A stretch of DNA of 63,912 nt, filler included, from Octopus bimaculoides (GCF_001194135.2; 8 parts of 8 records of this genome joined end to end with filler, not necessarily neighbours in it); one strand, 5' to 3'. Shown: positions 14,481 to 27,970, numbered from the whole stretch's first letter. Numbers and translations: made by a program. The notes: generated by a model from the letters alone, not told the origin.

Positions 14481-16665
14481 AATAACATGCCGACTGGGAA
14501 ATAGCGTCGCTAGGTGAGGCTGGATGACACTTAAGCAGCGTCGCTGATTGGCAGGTGGGCCAAGGTAGCGATCCCGTTCATAGCGCGCTCTCCTCTTGGT
14601 TCGAGGGTGTGTACCACCAAACGGCTGGTCGGCTCTGGCGGCTGGAACTTGAAATAACACGATACTCTGAGAAGGTAGGTTTAGAAAAGGCGTGGGCTAA
14701 AACTACCTGCACTTCCCTTTCATTGGTCAATTGAAGCTAAGACAGTGCCATGTGACAGTTAGTTGGTGTTGGCTGCTGAAACCTACTGGCGAGTGTTTAA
14801 AGGGAAATTTAGCAGGATGGTCATTCCCCCGCTGACATTTGTTGACGGTCCATCGGAGAAACCAAAGAACAAAAGAAAAAAAAGGAGAAAGAAGAAACAT
14901 ATACAACACCAGAGATGAAGACACCACCGAAATGGGGTGCCCCGTCACGTCGAAAACGGTAGAGGCGTAGGGGCCGATACCGGACGTTGTTCCTCTTGAT
15001 GATGTATTTAGTCACTGGATCCTATAAAGGAGCTGTTGAGGTAACGAACCACGAAACGTGGTTGGAATTCCCCAGTCATCGTGCCTCATAAATGGATATG
15101 TGAAATACTATAAACGAACGCATCCTACTAACTTCATCCTATCACACATTAGCAAAATTTACATATTATAACACTGTAGCGTATGTGTAACATGATGAGG
15201 TTTCATCTGCACTGTAGGGTGCATTCGATTCCATTATATCGTACCTACTCACAAGGAAGCAATGCAGGTGTAACCCGAAACGATCGGCATGCTAAATATA
15301 GCTTACAGTACAATCTGTCTCCCCTATCGATCATTTAATACATTCTAAACGCGCACCGAGGAATTCCTTATGTAGATCATGCGACGAAACTGCCGAACTG
15401 CCGATGTCACCTAGTAGCCGTTTCAGTGAACCTGCTCTCAAGGTACACTGCTACTGATAGGAACATAACCAAAACAAGCTTTAATTCGTTGTTTTAAAGT
15501 CTACATTTTAAAGTCTTCTATTTAAACTTTAATTTTAAATATAACCTATATATATGAATACCTACATGTGAGCATGTAAATATGCATATATTTCTTCTGT
15601 GCGTATATGCGTGTGTGAGCGCGCGCATGTTTGTGTGTAAATAGATATTTACTTGTGTGTCTATGTCTAATTTTAAGTTGTATCTAATAATTGTAATTGA
15701 TATATCTCTAAACTTAATTTCTCTATAATTCTTAATTCGTCGTATCATATTTTACGGTTATTGAATTTAATAAAATAAAAATTGAATTCATATCCAAATG
15801 AATTCCGTATTTTTCATAACGTCATTTTGATCCTAATAGATTCAGTTGTCAGCCTATATATCCGTATATATGAGTTTACTATATTATATTAAGTAGTGAA
15901 AATTTCATTCTGAATAGAAAAGCTTGTTGTTTTTCTTGGGTTATTTATCGCTCATGTCGACTTGCTTAATTCATTGGAGCTGATGTTGTCAATGGTTTTG
16001 TTAGTAATGTGTCTTCGTTATCTAGCAATATTGAACACACCATTTAGCAAATTGAACTGTGATTCATATATTTACTTGCAGCATCGGATTGAATCTTGTC
16101 TGTAAAATCCCTATCAGTCTTATGCGGTGAATGAATATTACAGGGAGAATTATTACGATAAACAAGGTATATGACTGCAATAAAGAAATAATACAACGTC
16201 CTTTTCGGATTACAAAAAGTTGTTTACATTATTTTGTACGGTGTTTGCCAGAAATAAAATCAATAACTTACTTCACTCTCGGCACAACGTCTTGTACTTG
16301 GAAAACGATTAAATTGCATGCTGTGATTTGTGGATTGTCGTGCTGTCGAGATAATTAGGAGCAGTACAACAAGCAACTGCATCTTTGCTTATACCGGAAG
16401 TTGCGGTATTTTTCGAATGAATAATCATACATTAAATTATTGTATCGTATATTATAATATTATGCCGTGATGTGTTTCATGTCCTGGGTATGTGTATTTG
16501 TGTGCATGTGGGAGTGCATATGAGTATATGAACATTTGAAAAACGTCAGTATATATATACTCAGGATATTAGATTATGTGAAGGTCTTCAAACAAGTAAC
16601 TATTCCTTTAGAGACATTATGCTTACAACCTTTAGTGATATTATATCGCAACAATTTCAACATGG

Positions 16666-16704
<39 letters not shown>

Positions 16705-17589
16705 TAAGGCTCTAAAGGATAATGGATTTAGCGTGGAAATAACCTATACACCTACCACCAGTCCGATAATAAAGAAAAGGAAACATGGGAATAGGAAAAC
16801 ACACCTCCCTATTCACCCGAAGTTGCCTTTAATATAGGCAAGTATTTCTAAGCACTGATAGATACACATTTTCCAGTAAATCACAGTTACAGAAAGATCT
16901 TCAATAGACATAACTTCAAAATCAGTTTCAGCTCAACTACTAATTTTTCAAATATATTCGCAAACAACACACAAAAACCACAATATGAAATCAGCTGTTC
17001 ATGCAAGGATAAAAAATTGTGCCCGCTAAATAGAGCTTGCATGTCCGAGACCATCATTTATGAAGCCACCATGGACTCTATATCCACTAAGGACACGGTT
17101 TCGACGAAGAAATACGTGGGCCTTACAGAGGGTAATTTCAGGGCCAGGTTCAATAATCACACCTTGAGCTTCAGGCACTGGGATAAAAGGAAAACGATCA
17201 AATTATCCAGTCATATATTATCCTTAAGAGATAAAGGTGTCAGTTACAACATCCATCGAAAGATCTTAGCCAAGTATAAGCCCTACACCAACGGCAGTGG
17301 AAAGTGAGGTCTTTGTGATATGGAAAGATGACTCATCTGAAAAAATAGCTTAAATTCTACAACTGAACTTTTCGGATCATGTGGCCAAATATTTGTTACA
17401 TTTTTGGTCCCCCCGATATTAGAGATATGACTTGCTTTCTATATTGGGTCCACGTACAAGCTTTTTATCTCTTTATACTTTTTACTTATATTTCTATTTT
17501 TTTTTTTACATATTTATAACTATATTGTTTATTGTTCATATATTTTTTACACATTTTTTTCTGTATTCTACCTTCCACCATGCATTTTT

Positions 17590-17900
17590 TGCTGTGCGTA
17601 TATAGACGTGTATATGGAATCTTTTGTGCGTGTGTGTGTATGTGTGCGTGTGTGCAGGTATGTGCGTATATAGACGGTGTGAATGCATGCATGCGAGCAT
17701 GTGCGTATATAGACGTGTTTTTCTCTTATTGCTAATTTTTTAACACTTTTTCCTACACATTTCTCTGTATCTTGCCTTTAGCCCTGTTTTTGCTTATGCA
17801 AGTGCGTATACAAACGCGTGTATGAACCTGTTTTTGTGCGCGTGCTTATGTGTGAGTATACAGACCTGTGCGGGTATGTGCGTATATAGACGTGAGTGTG
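17590..17900. repeat. Degenerate minisatellite (unit core tgtgcgtatatagacgtg) in the Penelope 3' region
   Basis: Core recurs near 17594, 17661, 17700 and 17878, with variants near 17803 and 17851. Confidence 0.7.
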
Positions 17901-18190
17901 TACGTGCTTACGAGTATGTGCATATATAAACATGTGTGTGTGTGCGTGAGCATGTGTATGAGGGTGGATGAGTGTATACATATAGGTGCATGTACGTGGG
18001 TGTGCGGGGGCGCATGTGTATGTATGGACATGCGCGCTTACGCGATTACTATCAACATTTTTACTCCCTTACATTTACTCCTACCACTTACCTACCGATC
18101 ATTCTAATACCTCTTTTGTCTTAATAACGGTCAATCACGCAGTAATTTCCCTTTGTTTATCGGTCATTTTCACAGCATTTTTTTTCGATG

Positions 18191-18260
18191 GCCCGGTAAC
18201 TGAAGAGATAGCCACGTGGGTTTCCGCCCCGATATCAGAAACTCGTAGTTTTATCACGGC
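18191..18260 (+). ncRNA. Type I hammerhead ribozyme, probably impaired
   Basis: CTGAAGA 18200-18206, stem II GATA/TATC, GAAAC 18238-18242, GTT triplet, stem I ggtaa/ttatc plus gcc/ggc; an extra A at 18237 breaks the core. Confidence 0.5.
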
Positions 18261-21200
18261 TAACGAATAATTGTCACATATTATATTCACAGATATATAT
18301 GCACATATATATATATATATCAGTGAAAGACGAATTATCTTCCATTCCCGGATAGATTACTAGCCACTGGATATTTATAATGAATACACTCTCAGAATTA
18401 GCTAAAGTCTTAAGACTATCTGTGTACAATTATAAAATCATATTACGTTACGTGACATCAACATAAATGCTAAAAATATTGTTGCAGTTTTATTCAGAAN
18501 NNNNNNNNNNNNNNNNNNNNNNNNNNNNNNNNNNNNNNNNNNNNNNNNNNNNNNNNNNNNNNNNNNNNNNNNNNNNNNNNNNNNNNNNNNNNNNNNNNNT
18601 ATATATATATATATATATATTAATACATACATACACATATATGTATGCGTTTGATATGCATGTACGTATGTGTGCACATATTTGTACCAGTACGTGTGTA
18701 TGTGTTTGGACTGTATGCCTGTACATATCTGTTTATATAAGGAACATTTCTAAATTAAATATACCCAATTTTTACATAATTATATAACTTACTAAGACAA
18801 CTCAAGTTTGAATGCTCTTAATACAGATGAAAATATAAACATACGCCTTTAGAGTTCAGTTTTGGCCAATGATGTTCTTCTGAATTGATGCCGTAAATAT
18901 TCCTTTTGAACGCTTGCTGATGAACCAGCAAGATAAATGTGAGCATGGAGGAGATTCCAGATAGACAATATTATGAGAATGAATGGTTGAGATGGTAGCT
19001 AGTGCCAGTAAAGGTATATTGTTACTGAGTGTTGTAAAGATGAATACGTTCATGAGCGGAGTTTATGATGTTAACTATTTGAAAAAAGATAAACCATTGA
19101 GAGGATGCATTACTTGTAGGGCAGATACTGGAGTGTGTTCGTTAGGAATAGGAGGTCAATCAGCTGAGAGGATATTACACTGATGTCTACCTGCGTGATG
19201 ATAGACCTGTCCCAAATGCATGCTAAGTATTCTATTCATCTGTATAGACTGTCAGCAGATATTGCAGACTGAATACTCATGCATATATTATTTATATGGG
19301 CAGTAATGACATCTAAGATAGAAGCATTTATTTCAAGACCAACAACATTCCAAATGAAAGAATACTTTTGTGTTCACTCATTAAGAATTGTGACAAATCT
19401 AGCAAAAGCAAATATTTGGTTAACCAAGGTTTAGGCCTACATATCGAATGGTTAATGACGAAACCTTACAAATAGCTATTTATTTGAGAATAGTTTGAAT
19501 AGAAATGAACAACGAACTACTCATTATCTTATAAATACAATATCCACGCTATTTTTGTGATTACTCATATTGCAACCAAAAGTTAAGCACCATCTACCTT
19601 CAACGAGAGCCTAACTTAAATCACGAAAATGGAAACGGTGCGCCATGCTGTTCGATGAACTGGACTGGAGTTAGATTTGCGAGATTGATGCCATCTGCTG
19701 GAGTACTTGGTGCCTTTACCGAAGTAACGCCAGGAAAACTGTAACATAATAGTGTCTGTCTGGAGTAATGTCATTTAGGCTACAAAGAAGAGGGCGTAAT
19801 ATTTTGTTAACACTCAAAACTGTCTTATTTAAATAAATATTACATATTTCTACACCCCAAGACATTCAATATACTTGAGAATATATCTGGTTTCTATGGC
19901 GTTCTGAACATTCGATTCAAACGCCCACTGAAAGATCTAGCCTCGCGTTACGATTTCATCTCTATTGGTTTTATTCATTCTATGTTGGATATGTTTTAAC
20001 TTTTGTATTATTTACCTTAATTGTGTCCTTTTATTGAAGCGAAGCTAACTAAAGCATGATGGAACAACTAAGAAAGAGTTAAATTTCAATTATTTATGCA
20101 ACTTTTTCCCTTGCTGTCCGTGATGAATATTTCCAGAATGACAGGGAAATTAATGATTGCGAACCGTTCTCTTCTATAATTCTGAATTTGTATCGTTATA
20201 CATTAAATATGTGTATGAAAGTTCCCAGATTTTGTTTATAATGACTTGTTTTTGAAAACCGAGAAAGTACATGAAACAAATAATACTCATGACACATAAT
20301 TTAATAGCATTATTACAGTCAGTAAGTTTATATATGAAGAACAAATTTAATTAGAACACACTCATATATTACAAGTTATTTGTAAATTTGTTTCTAAGGA
20401 AATACATATAACAAATTTAGACGGACGCTTGTATATGTGAATTTCTTAATATCCGTACTTTGATGATTTATATAATAAATTTGGACAACAAATTTCCATC
20501 TGCTGCAACAATAAGACGTTCAAATTATTTTCTTAATGAGATACTGTGTATAACTATGACTTCACTGTAATTACAAATAGTAAGTATTCTTGTTCACAAG
20601 AAGTTTTTAGTTTTGTTTAAATGAAGATTCATTGCCAGTTCCTCCACAGGTTTCTGGCTCTTTTAAACAGTAAATTTATATTATTTACAAAACTCATGCC
20701 TAGAATAATGAATCGTATTCAAGAGCTTTTCTTAGTCTTTTTCTTTCTTACTAAACGAATGGTCCCATTGTTGTTATATTCCAAAATGCTGGTACTATGG
20801 AAATCTACTTGCAATATCCCAATAATCTTTCTTCGATTGTTTTTAATCTCTAATCGTGTATCCTTGCTAATTTCAAAACATTTTAACTGCATATGAATAC
20901 ATTTCTATACGTAAACAAAAATAGATTTATGAGTATTTTACCTATAATGCTAAAAATCACAGGTACAATATTCAGTGAAGTTCGAATTAAGTGATATGGT
21001 TTGCGAACTGTGCTTTGGTGGATTTCATTGAGTAGAAGTGCACTTGAATATGATAGATTTATGTTTCTCAGAGTTGCCCAAAATGTTGGTAGTCATCATA
21101 GTTAGAAAGATCTAACTGCATATTGTGCTGACATGCGAACAAAGGTTAATGCGCGTACACAATAACAAGTGAATGATTCATCCCTCATTCAAACTGCGGA

Positions 21201-22423
21201 AAAACTATAATTTGGAATAAATTTTCATAGACATTATTTTCAGTGACAAAAGTGACGTTAAATAAGTTAATAGCATGAATAATTTGCAATGGATCATTCA
21301 AACACATTAGATGGTGTTAATTCCGTATCCCCATATTGCAAACCAATTAAAGGACAATGAACAACAATCAACTTTCGTTTCGTCAGTATTTATACATCGA
21401 TAAACGTCGTTGGAGGTCGTATCTAAAACATTACCCGGCATGTAGTAGCTAAGACAATAACGATCACTTATATTCTATACAGAAATAAATTTTCATGCAT
21501 TATCAGTGTGAATTAATAATTATGACACGTAACTGATAATTGTGTAAACATTTATCAAATTTCGTGAGGATCTCAAAAGAATGAGAAACTATTTCAGTGA
21601 TCATGGTCGGTTTGTACGTCTTTCAAAATTTGCACACGTAGTTTTATGCTTGGGCTGAAAGTGATTNNNNNNNNNNNNNNNNNNNNNNNNNNNNNNNNNN
21701 NNNNNNNNNNNNNNNNNNNNNNNNNNNNNNNNNNNNNNNNNNNNNNNNNNNNNNNNNNNNNNNNNNNNNNNNNNNNNNNNNNNNNNNNNNNNNNNNNNNN
21801 NNNNNNNNNNNNNNNNNNNNNNNNNNNNNNNNNNNNNNNNNNNNNNNNNNNNNNNNNNNNNNNNNNNNNNNNNNNNNNNNNNNNNNNNNNNNNNNNNNNN
21901 NNNNNNNNNNNNNNNNNNNNNNNNNNNNNNNNNNNNNNNNNNNNNNNNNNNNNNNNNNNNNNNNNNNNNNNNNNNNNNNNNNNNNNNNNNNNNNNNNNNN
22001 NNNNNNNNNNNNNNNNNNNNNNNNNNNNNNNNNNNNNNNNNNNNNNNNNNNNNNNNNNNNNNNNNNNNNNNNNNNNNNNNNNNNNNNNNNNNNNNNNNNN
22101 NNNNNNNNNNNNNNNNNNNNNNNNNNNNNNNNNNNNNNNNNNNNNNNNNNNNNNNNNNNNNNNNNNNNNNNNNNNNNNNNNNNNNNNNNNNNNNNNNNNN
22201 NNNNNNNNNNNNNNNNNNNNNNNNNNNNNNNNNNNNNNNNNNNNNNNNNNNNNNNNNNNNNNNNNNNNNNNNNNNNNNNNNNNNNNNNNNNNNNNNNNNN
22301 NNNNNNNNNNNNNNNNNNNNNNNNNNNNNNNNNNNNNNNNNNNNNNNNNNNNNNNNNNNNNNNNNNNNNNNNNNNNNNNNNNNNNNNNNNNNNNNNNNNN
22401 NNNNNNNNNNNNNNNNNNNNNNN

Positions 22424-22462
<39 letters not shown>

Positions 22463-22860
22463 TAGATAATATATAAATAGATGCATATATCCATTCATAT
22501 ATGTACATAGCTACATCTATATGTATACATACATGCATATATGGGCATAGGACATCAAAAAACGTTAAACACAATAAGAAACGAAAACAGAAAACGAACT
22601 TTTTTCCAACAACGAAAATAGACAGAGAAACGAGACATGCAACATAAAGAGCATAACACTTCGTCCGTTGTCCCAGTTCCATCTACTGCACGTTTCATAT
22701 ATATATATATATACATACATATATATATATATATATATANNNNNNNNNNNNNNNNNNNNNNNNNNNNNNNNNNNNNNNNNNNNTTAATTAATTAANNNNN
22801 NNNNNNNNNNNNNNNNNNNNNNNNNNNNNNNNNNNNNNNCATATATAAATATATATTATA

Positions 22861-23340
22861 TATATATATAAATAATATTTTGGGAATAAAAGATGGATTT
22901 TTTCCCTTATGAGGTTTTTTTCACGCTAGCTACTTGATAAATTCTTGTAAAAGAGTTCATCCTATTATTGAATTTAATATATAACCAGAATATATTCAGT
23001 GCTGAATTTATTCTGAGAAAAAAACACATGTACCGAGATGCAATTCGAAATTCCCACCACTTACATAGGTAAATAGCGATAAACAGTCTTGTGTATACTA
23101 TAATGGTATGTTGTTTGGTATGTTGAATTTTTCTGTCTACTTCTATTTATCTTGACCATATTATACTGAAGAGTAGAGGTTATATAATACTACAATAACT
23201 ACGAAATCATGATCTATAATTCAGTCTGTTGAGAGTTGCATTTTCTCGCGTTCGGTAAAATGTGTTTTTTATAGTAGTCTGACCTTAGAGTCCCTCATAG
23301 CGTGAGGCATTATTGTATAATAATGCCCTTATATAAATAT
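22861..23340 (+). mobile_element. About 480-bp non-coding hammerhead-bearing unit (Penelope terminal repeat or retrozyme-like monomer)
   Basis: Contains the hammerhead at 23152; both ends are homologous to 41406-41540; flanked by (TA)-rich DNA. Confidence 0.55.
23152..23224 (+). ncRNA. Type I hammerhead ribozyme, intact core
   Basis: Stem I attata/tataat plus ttga/tcag after a 4-nt bulge; CTGAAGA 23166-23172; stem II GTAG/CTAC; GAAA 23203-23206; palindromic stem III ATCATGAT; AUC triplet, predicted cut after 23214. Confidence 0.85.
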
Positions 23341-23375
23341 ATATATATACATAATATGTATATATAATGTGTATA

Positions 23376-23610
23376 TCATCATCATCATCATCATCATCGT
23401 TTAACGTCCGCTTTCCATGCTAGCATGGGTTGGACGATTTGACTGAGGACTGGTGAAACCGGATGGCAACACCAGGCTCCAGTCTGATTTGACAGAGTTT
23501 CTACAGCTGGATGCCCTTCCTTATGCCAACCACTCAGAGAGTGTAGTGGGTGCTTTTACGTGTCACCCGCACGAAAACGGCCACGCTCGAAATGGTGTCT
23601 TTTATGTGCC
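23376..23610 (-). mobile_element. RTE LINE 3' tail with (GAT)n end, runs into a gap
   Basis: Reverse complement of aagcacccactacactctgagtggttggcataaggaagggcatccagctgtagaaa...gttaaacgatgatgat; homologous to 59537-59780. Confidence 0.85.
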
Positions 23611-24092
23611 NNNNNNNNNNNNNNNNNNNNNNNNNNNNNNNNNNNNNNNNNNNNNNNNNNNNNNNNNNNNNNNNNNNNNNNNNNNNNNNNNNNNNNNNNN
23701 NNNNNNNNNNNNNNNNNNNNNNNNNNNNNNNNNNNNNNNNNNNNNNNNNNNNNNNNNNNNNNNNNNNNNNNNNNNNNNNNNNNNNNNNNNNNNNNNNNNN
23801 NNNNNNNNNNNNNNNNNNNNNNNNNNNNNNNNNNNNNNNNNNNNNNNNNNNNNNNNNNNNNNNNNNNNNNNNNNNNNNNNNNNNNNNNNNNNNNNNNNNN
23901 NNNNNNNNNNNNNNNNNNNNNNNNNNNNNNNNNNNNNNNNNNNNNNNNNNNNNNNNNNNNNNNNNNNNNNNNNNNNNNNNNNNNNNNNNNNNNNNNNNNN
24001 NNNNNNNNNNNNNNNNNNNNNNNNNNNNNNNNNNNNNNNNNNNNNNNNNNNNNNNNNNNNNNNNNNNNNNNNNNNNNNNNNNNNNNNNNNNN

Positions 24093-26008
24093 GCGTCTGA
24101 GGACAAATGTCCTCCATAGGACCATCATGGTTTCCTTATCTCTGGTTCTGAATGTTCTCAGGATCCATCCAGCCAGCTGTCTGCACTTTGTCGCCATCCT
24201 GGTAATGTGCACTTGGAAAGAGGTATCATCACTCATGTCGACAACCCAGGTCCCTCACTGATTTAGGCTCTGGGATTGAAATTCCCTGTGGACCAGTGTA
24301 CTCTGTAAGTTTCGTATTCAGTTTTTGGACGTTGGTAGTGCAGGGCTTGGAATTTTTCAGCATTAAACTGCATATTATTATCCTTAGCCCATCTGTAAAT
24401 TGAGTCCAACTCCTGCTGCAGATGTACAACATTGCTGGGGTTCTGTATTTTCTGTGAGACTTTCGTATCATCTGTGTTGCTAACAAGGGTGGCTATCCGG
24501 GCAGTTGAGGGCATATCTGAGAGGGCCATTATGAAAAGCAGTGGTCCCAAGACAGTTATGTAACCACTCTCCAAGTTTTCCAGCTATGCCAACATCACGC
24601 AGTTTGTGGCATATCATACCATGATCCACTTTGTCAAAAGCTTTTGCAAAATCAAGGTCTTTTACGTCCACATTTGAGTTGTTCAGTAACTGCCTCAACA
24701 CCCAGTCATAATGTTGTAAGAGCTGGGTCAGGCAGCTCCTACCTGGTCGAAAGCCATGTTGGGTATCACTCAGCAAGTTATTTTCTTCAAGGAATGTGAT
24801 TAGTTTCCCTCTGACTATTCATTCCATGACTTTGCTGATGGTGTGAAGTCAGAGAGATAGGCCTATAGTTTTTGGTATCTGCTCTGCTTCCCCCTTTATG
24901 GATTGGGCATATTATTCCCTCCTTCAGCTTGCTTGGCAGTCTGCCATTTGCAACAAAGCTCTGGAAGAGAATCTGGAGGGGTTTTGTGAGGGCACGCTCA
25001 CACGATTTGGGGAGGATTGCTGGGAAAGCATGAAGACCAGCAGTTGAGTGTGCATCCACCTCATCTATGGCTAGTAGTAGATCTTCTTCACTAATGTTGA
25101 TATATTCCATCGTAATTGCCTCGCTGGTTATAGGTGAGGCGGCAAAGAAGTCCACTGGTTCGTTCACATGTCTGTGTTCCAATGGGGTGATAAAGACACT
25201 TTTGAACTGGTCATTCAGTACCTCACTGATCCTGGTTGGACTGTCTGTGAAGAAGCCATCCTTTTGGAAGAGGGGTCCTATCTTGCAGCGTATTGAGGCT
25301 GTTTCTTTCGCGTAATGAAAGAAGGCCTTTGGAGTTGACTTAATTTTTTTTATAACCCAAGCCTCTTTGTCCCTCACATGGGATTGTTGCAGCCTTTTTT
25401 TCAATCTCCATCAGTGTTGTTTTTAGGCAGGACCTTTCACTACTTTTGAGATGTTGGTGGAGTCAATTTGCAACTTTCATCCATTGTCTCCTGAGGATCT
25501 TCCTCTCCCTTGGAATTTTGTTCCGTTTTGTGTTGGCCTTGTGCTCTGAGAGATAATTCTGGCATATGGCTTGCACAACAGACATGAAACATTCTAGATT
25601 CATGCCAATGTCCGGTGTGGAAGACATTTTAGCCAGTCCTGTCTGAGGATCTCTTTTTGGATCAATTTCCAGTCTACTATGTGGAAGTTCAGATTGGAGA
25701 AGTTTCAGGTGCTTCCTTTAGGCTGTATATCTCTGATTACTTTCGGTTCAAACATAGACAGCTCTATTATGTTATGATCCGAGACTGATGTCGGCGTCAC
25801 TTTCACATCATGAATGATGTCTATATTGTTCGTGAAGCAGAGATCCAAAATGTTATTCGCTCTAGTTGGTCTGAGAACAGCTTGCTCCATGAATAGGGCA
25901 TTGGTGAGGTTGAGCAGGCATTCCACCTGTGCTTGCTTGCGATAAGTCATTCCTGAGAGTATGAGACCTTCGGGCCATTTGACGTTGGGGAAGTTGAAAT
26001 CACCCTTG
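24093..26008 (-). mobile_element. CR1-like LINE ORF2 pseudogene (end of APE plus RT)
   Basis: GDFNFPNVKW, PTRANNILDLCFTN, SDHNII, KNYRPISLTS, QHGFRPGRSCLTQLL, DFAKAFDKVDH, TVLGPLLFI, DDTK, LQQELDSIYRWAKDNNMQFNAEK; frameshifts and an internal deletion at EWLHN|TVLGP. Confidence 0.92.
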
Positions 26009-26729
26009 GTGTAGCCACGTCAGCTGCTGCACAATCTTTTGCGCCATGCACAAAAAAGACTCTTGCTCAGCTGCTGCGTTGCGTATAATTTCTGAAGAGC
26101 GCACTTCTTTGGTGAATTTTTTTCTTGGGGACATCTGTCGTCTTTCCTCAGGGAAGTTTTTATCATTTAGGCCTTTGTAGTTTTGGCGGGGNNNNNNNNN
26201 NNNNNNNNNNNNNNNNNNNNNNNNNNNNNNNNNNNNNNNNNNNNNNNNNNNNNNNNNNNNNNNNNNNNNNNNNNNNNNNNNNNNNNNNNNNNNNNNNNNN
26301 NNNNNNNNNNNNNNNNNNNNNNNNNNNNNNNNNNNNNNNNNNNNNNNNNNNNNNNNNNNNNNNNNNNNNNNNNNNGTTCTTGGGTGCCTTCCAAATTTCT
26401 TCTTTCCTGTAGGGTCTTGGATGGCATTGGATCCACCTTGGGATTTTCTACTTTTTGTTTGGTGGAATGGGGTTTTGGTTTTTACGTTTTCATTTTTATA
26501 TTTTCCTTTTACCTCTTTATACCTGTGTTCCATTCTTCCTTTTCTTGTTGGTACTGCTTTCCTCTGGTTATCTATTGGGGTGATGGCTCCTTTCCTTTGT
26601 AGGACCACTGTCACAGAGGAGCTTCTATTTGCTGCTTCTATTTGCTGCTGCCTCCACTATCCTTTTCTGCCTTAATAAATATATTATATATATAAATGCT
26701 ATTCTTAGAACAGCTTGGTTATGCTTGTA

Positions 26730-27390
26730 TGTGTAGTGCTCTGCACCTGCACCCTATCAATTATTTTCTACATTTCATCCCCTAAAATCCATTGCAATCA
26801 TTTGAGAGTAGAATCAGCACATATCGCATCACCCTCACCTTCTTTTGCACCTCAAGTTACCCTCCCCCACCTATTTCCACTGATCACCTTTCTCTTCTGT
26901 TATACTCCAACTTAACACCTTTCATATCTGCCATCACACCCACCACTATACCCCCCACTCTCCATATGCCTTTACACATTATCCCCTACCTTCTGATCTA
27001 TTTTCTTTCCCGAACCATTTCTCTCTCTCTCACCTTACTACCTCTTCATACTAGTATTTCCCATTAACTGCACCTCCATCCCTGTTCATTATTCACCTCT
27101 ATACCCATCTCTAACCATTTACACTCTTCTGAATCTAATACCTTCACCTCCACACACTATATGCATCCTCTCTTATAACCACCTTCTTGCATCTTGAGAT
27201 GCTTTAGAATGGCATCACCACTAGATCTACCTTTTCTTCCCTGTGACTCACACCCTTATATAATATGGGGTAGCCACGTAACTCCTCTTTAGCAATACCT
27301 GTACTTATCCCTCTATGATACTTCAGCCCTAAATACTTGAGGAGGCCTTTTTCCATTTTCCTTCCCCCTGTTCTTTTCTCATTCAAACAA
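26730..27390 (-). mobile_element. Heavily decayed LINE ORF1 (gag-like zinc knuckle) relic
   Basis: GISTGIAKEELRGY and VRVMRYV..NDCNGF*GMKCRK*LIGCRCRALH resemble the pre-knuckle and CCHC region of I/Jockey-group ORF1; many stops. Confidence 0.3.
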
Positions 27391-27970
27391 CCACTTCAGA
27401 CTCTTTCCAGAGGTATGGCAAGGAGCCGAATTCTGCTGCCACATATATAGCCTTCCAGCACATATATGGCCCTCTCTAGTAAAGGTTTGACCACCATCTT
27501 CCGCAGCTTCATATAACTATCTGAACTGAGTCTAAGGCTCTGTCTGTCCTGCAGTTGTTGGATGCATTCCAGCAAGTGGATACAATCAGAATACCTTCTG
27601 TGTGCCTTCCTGCGAGCCACTGCTTCATAGTCTCTATTGTAGCTGTCCATGTCACATCTTACAGCCTTTACAGTGTTTATAGAACATTGAGCATCAGTCA
27701 TGATGTTGACATTTTAATACCCAGTGTGAATTACCATAAGACAACTCTTTTCTAATATTCAGATGGCTTCCAGTCCACCATGTCAGCTAACATTTTTTCA
27801 ACTACAACTTTAATCTTTATGCTTTCCAACACCACTGACAGTTTCCCTCCAAACAAGGTGACATAAATCTTTGTGCGTGTATGCCATTAAAAGTGGTTCC
27901 AACAATAACAATAAACATCATACAGATAGTATAGTAGCTATAATACAATAACAGAATTTACGGTGGTGGT

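Larger units (their letters stand above)
16703..18290 (+). mobile_element. 5'-truncated Penelope-like element: RT C-terminus, GIY-YIG endonuclease, long 3' region with minisatellite and hammerhead
   Basis: KALKDNGF...FNIGKYF.ALIDTHFP..KIFNRHNFKISFS, then CPLNRAC...IIYEAT...KYVGLTEGNFRARFNNH...ILAKYKPYTNGSGK (ORF 17017-17307); frameshifted. Confidence 0.85.

Noticed and set aside
18856-19183. Short overlapping ORFs on both strands
   Set aside because: No recognisable domain or splice context.
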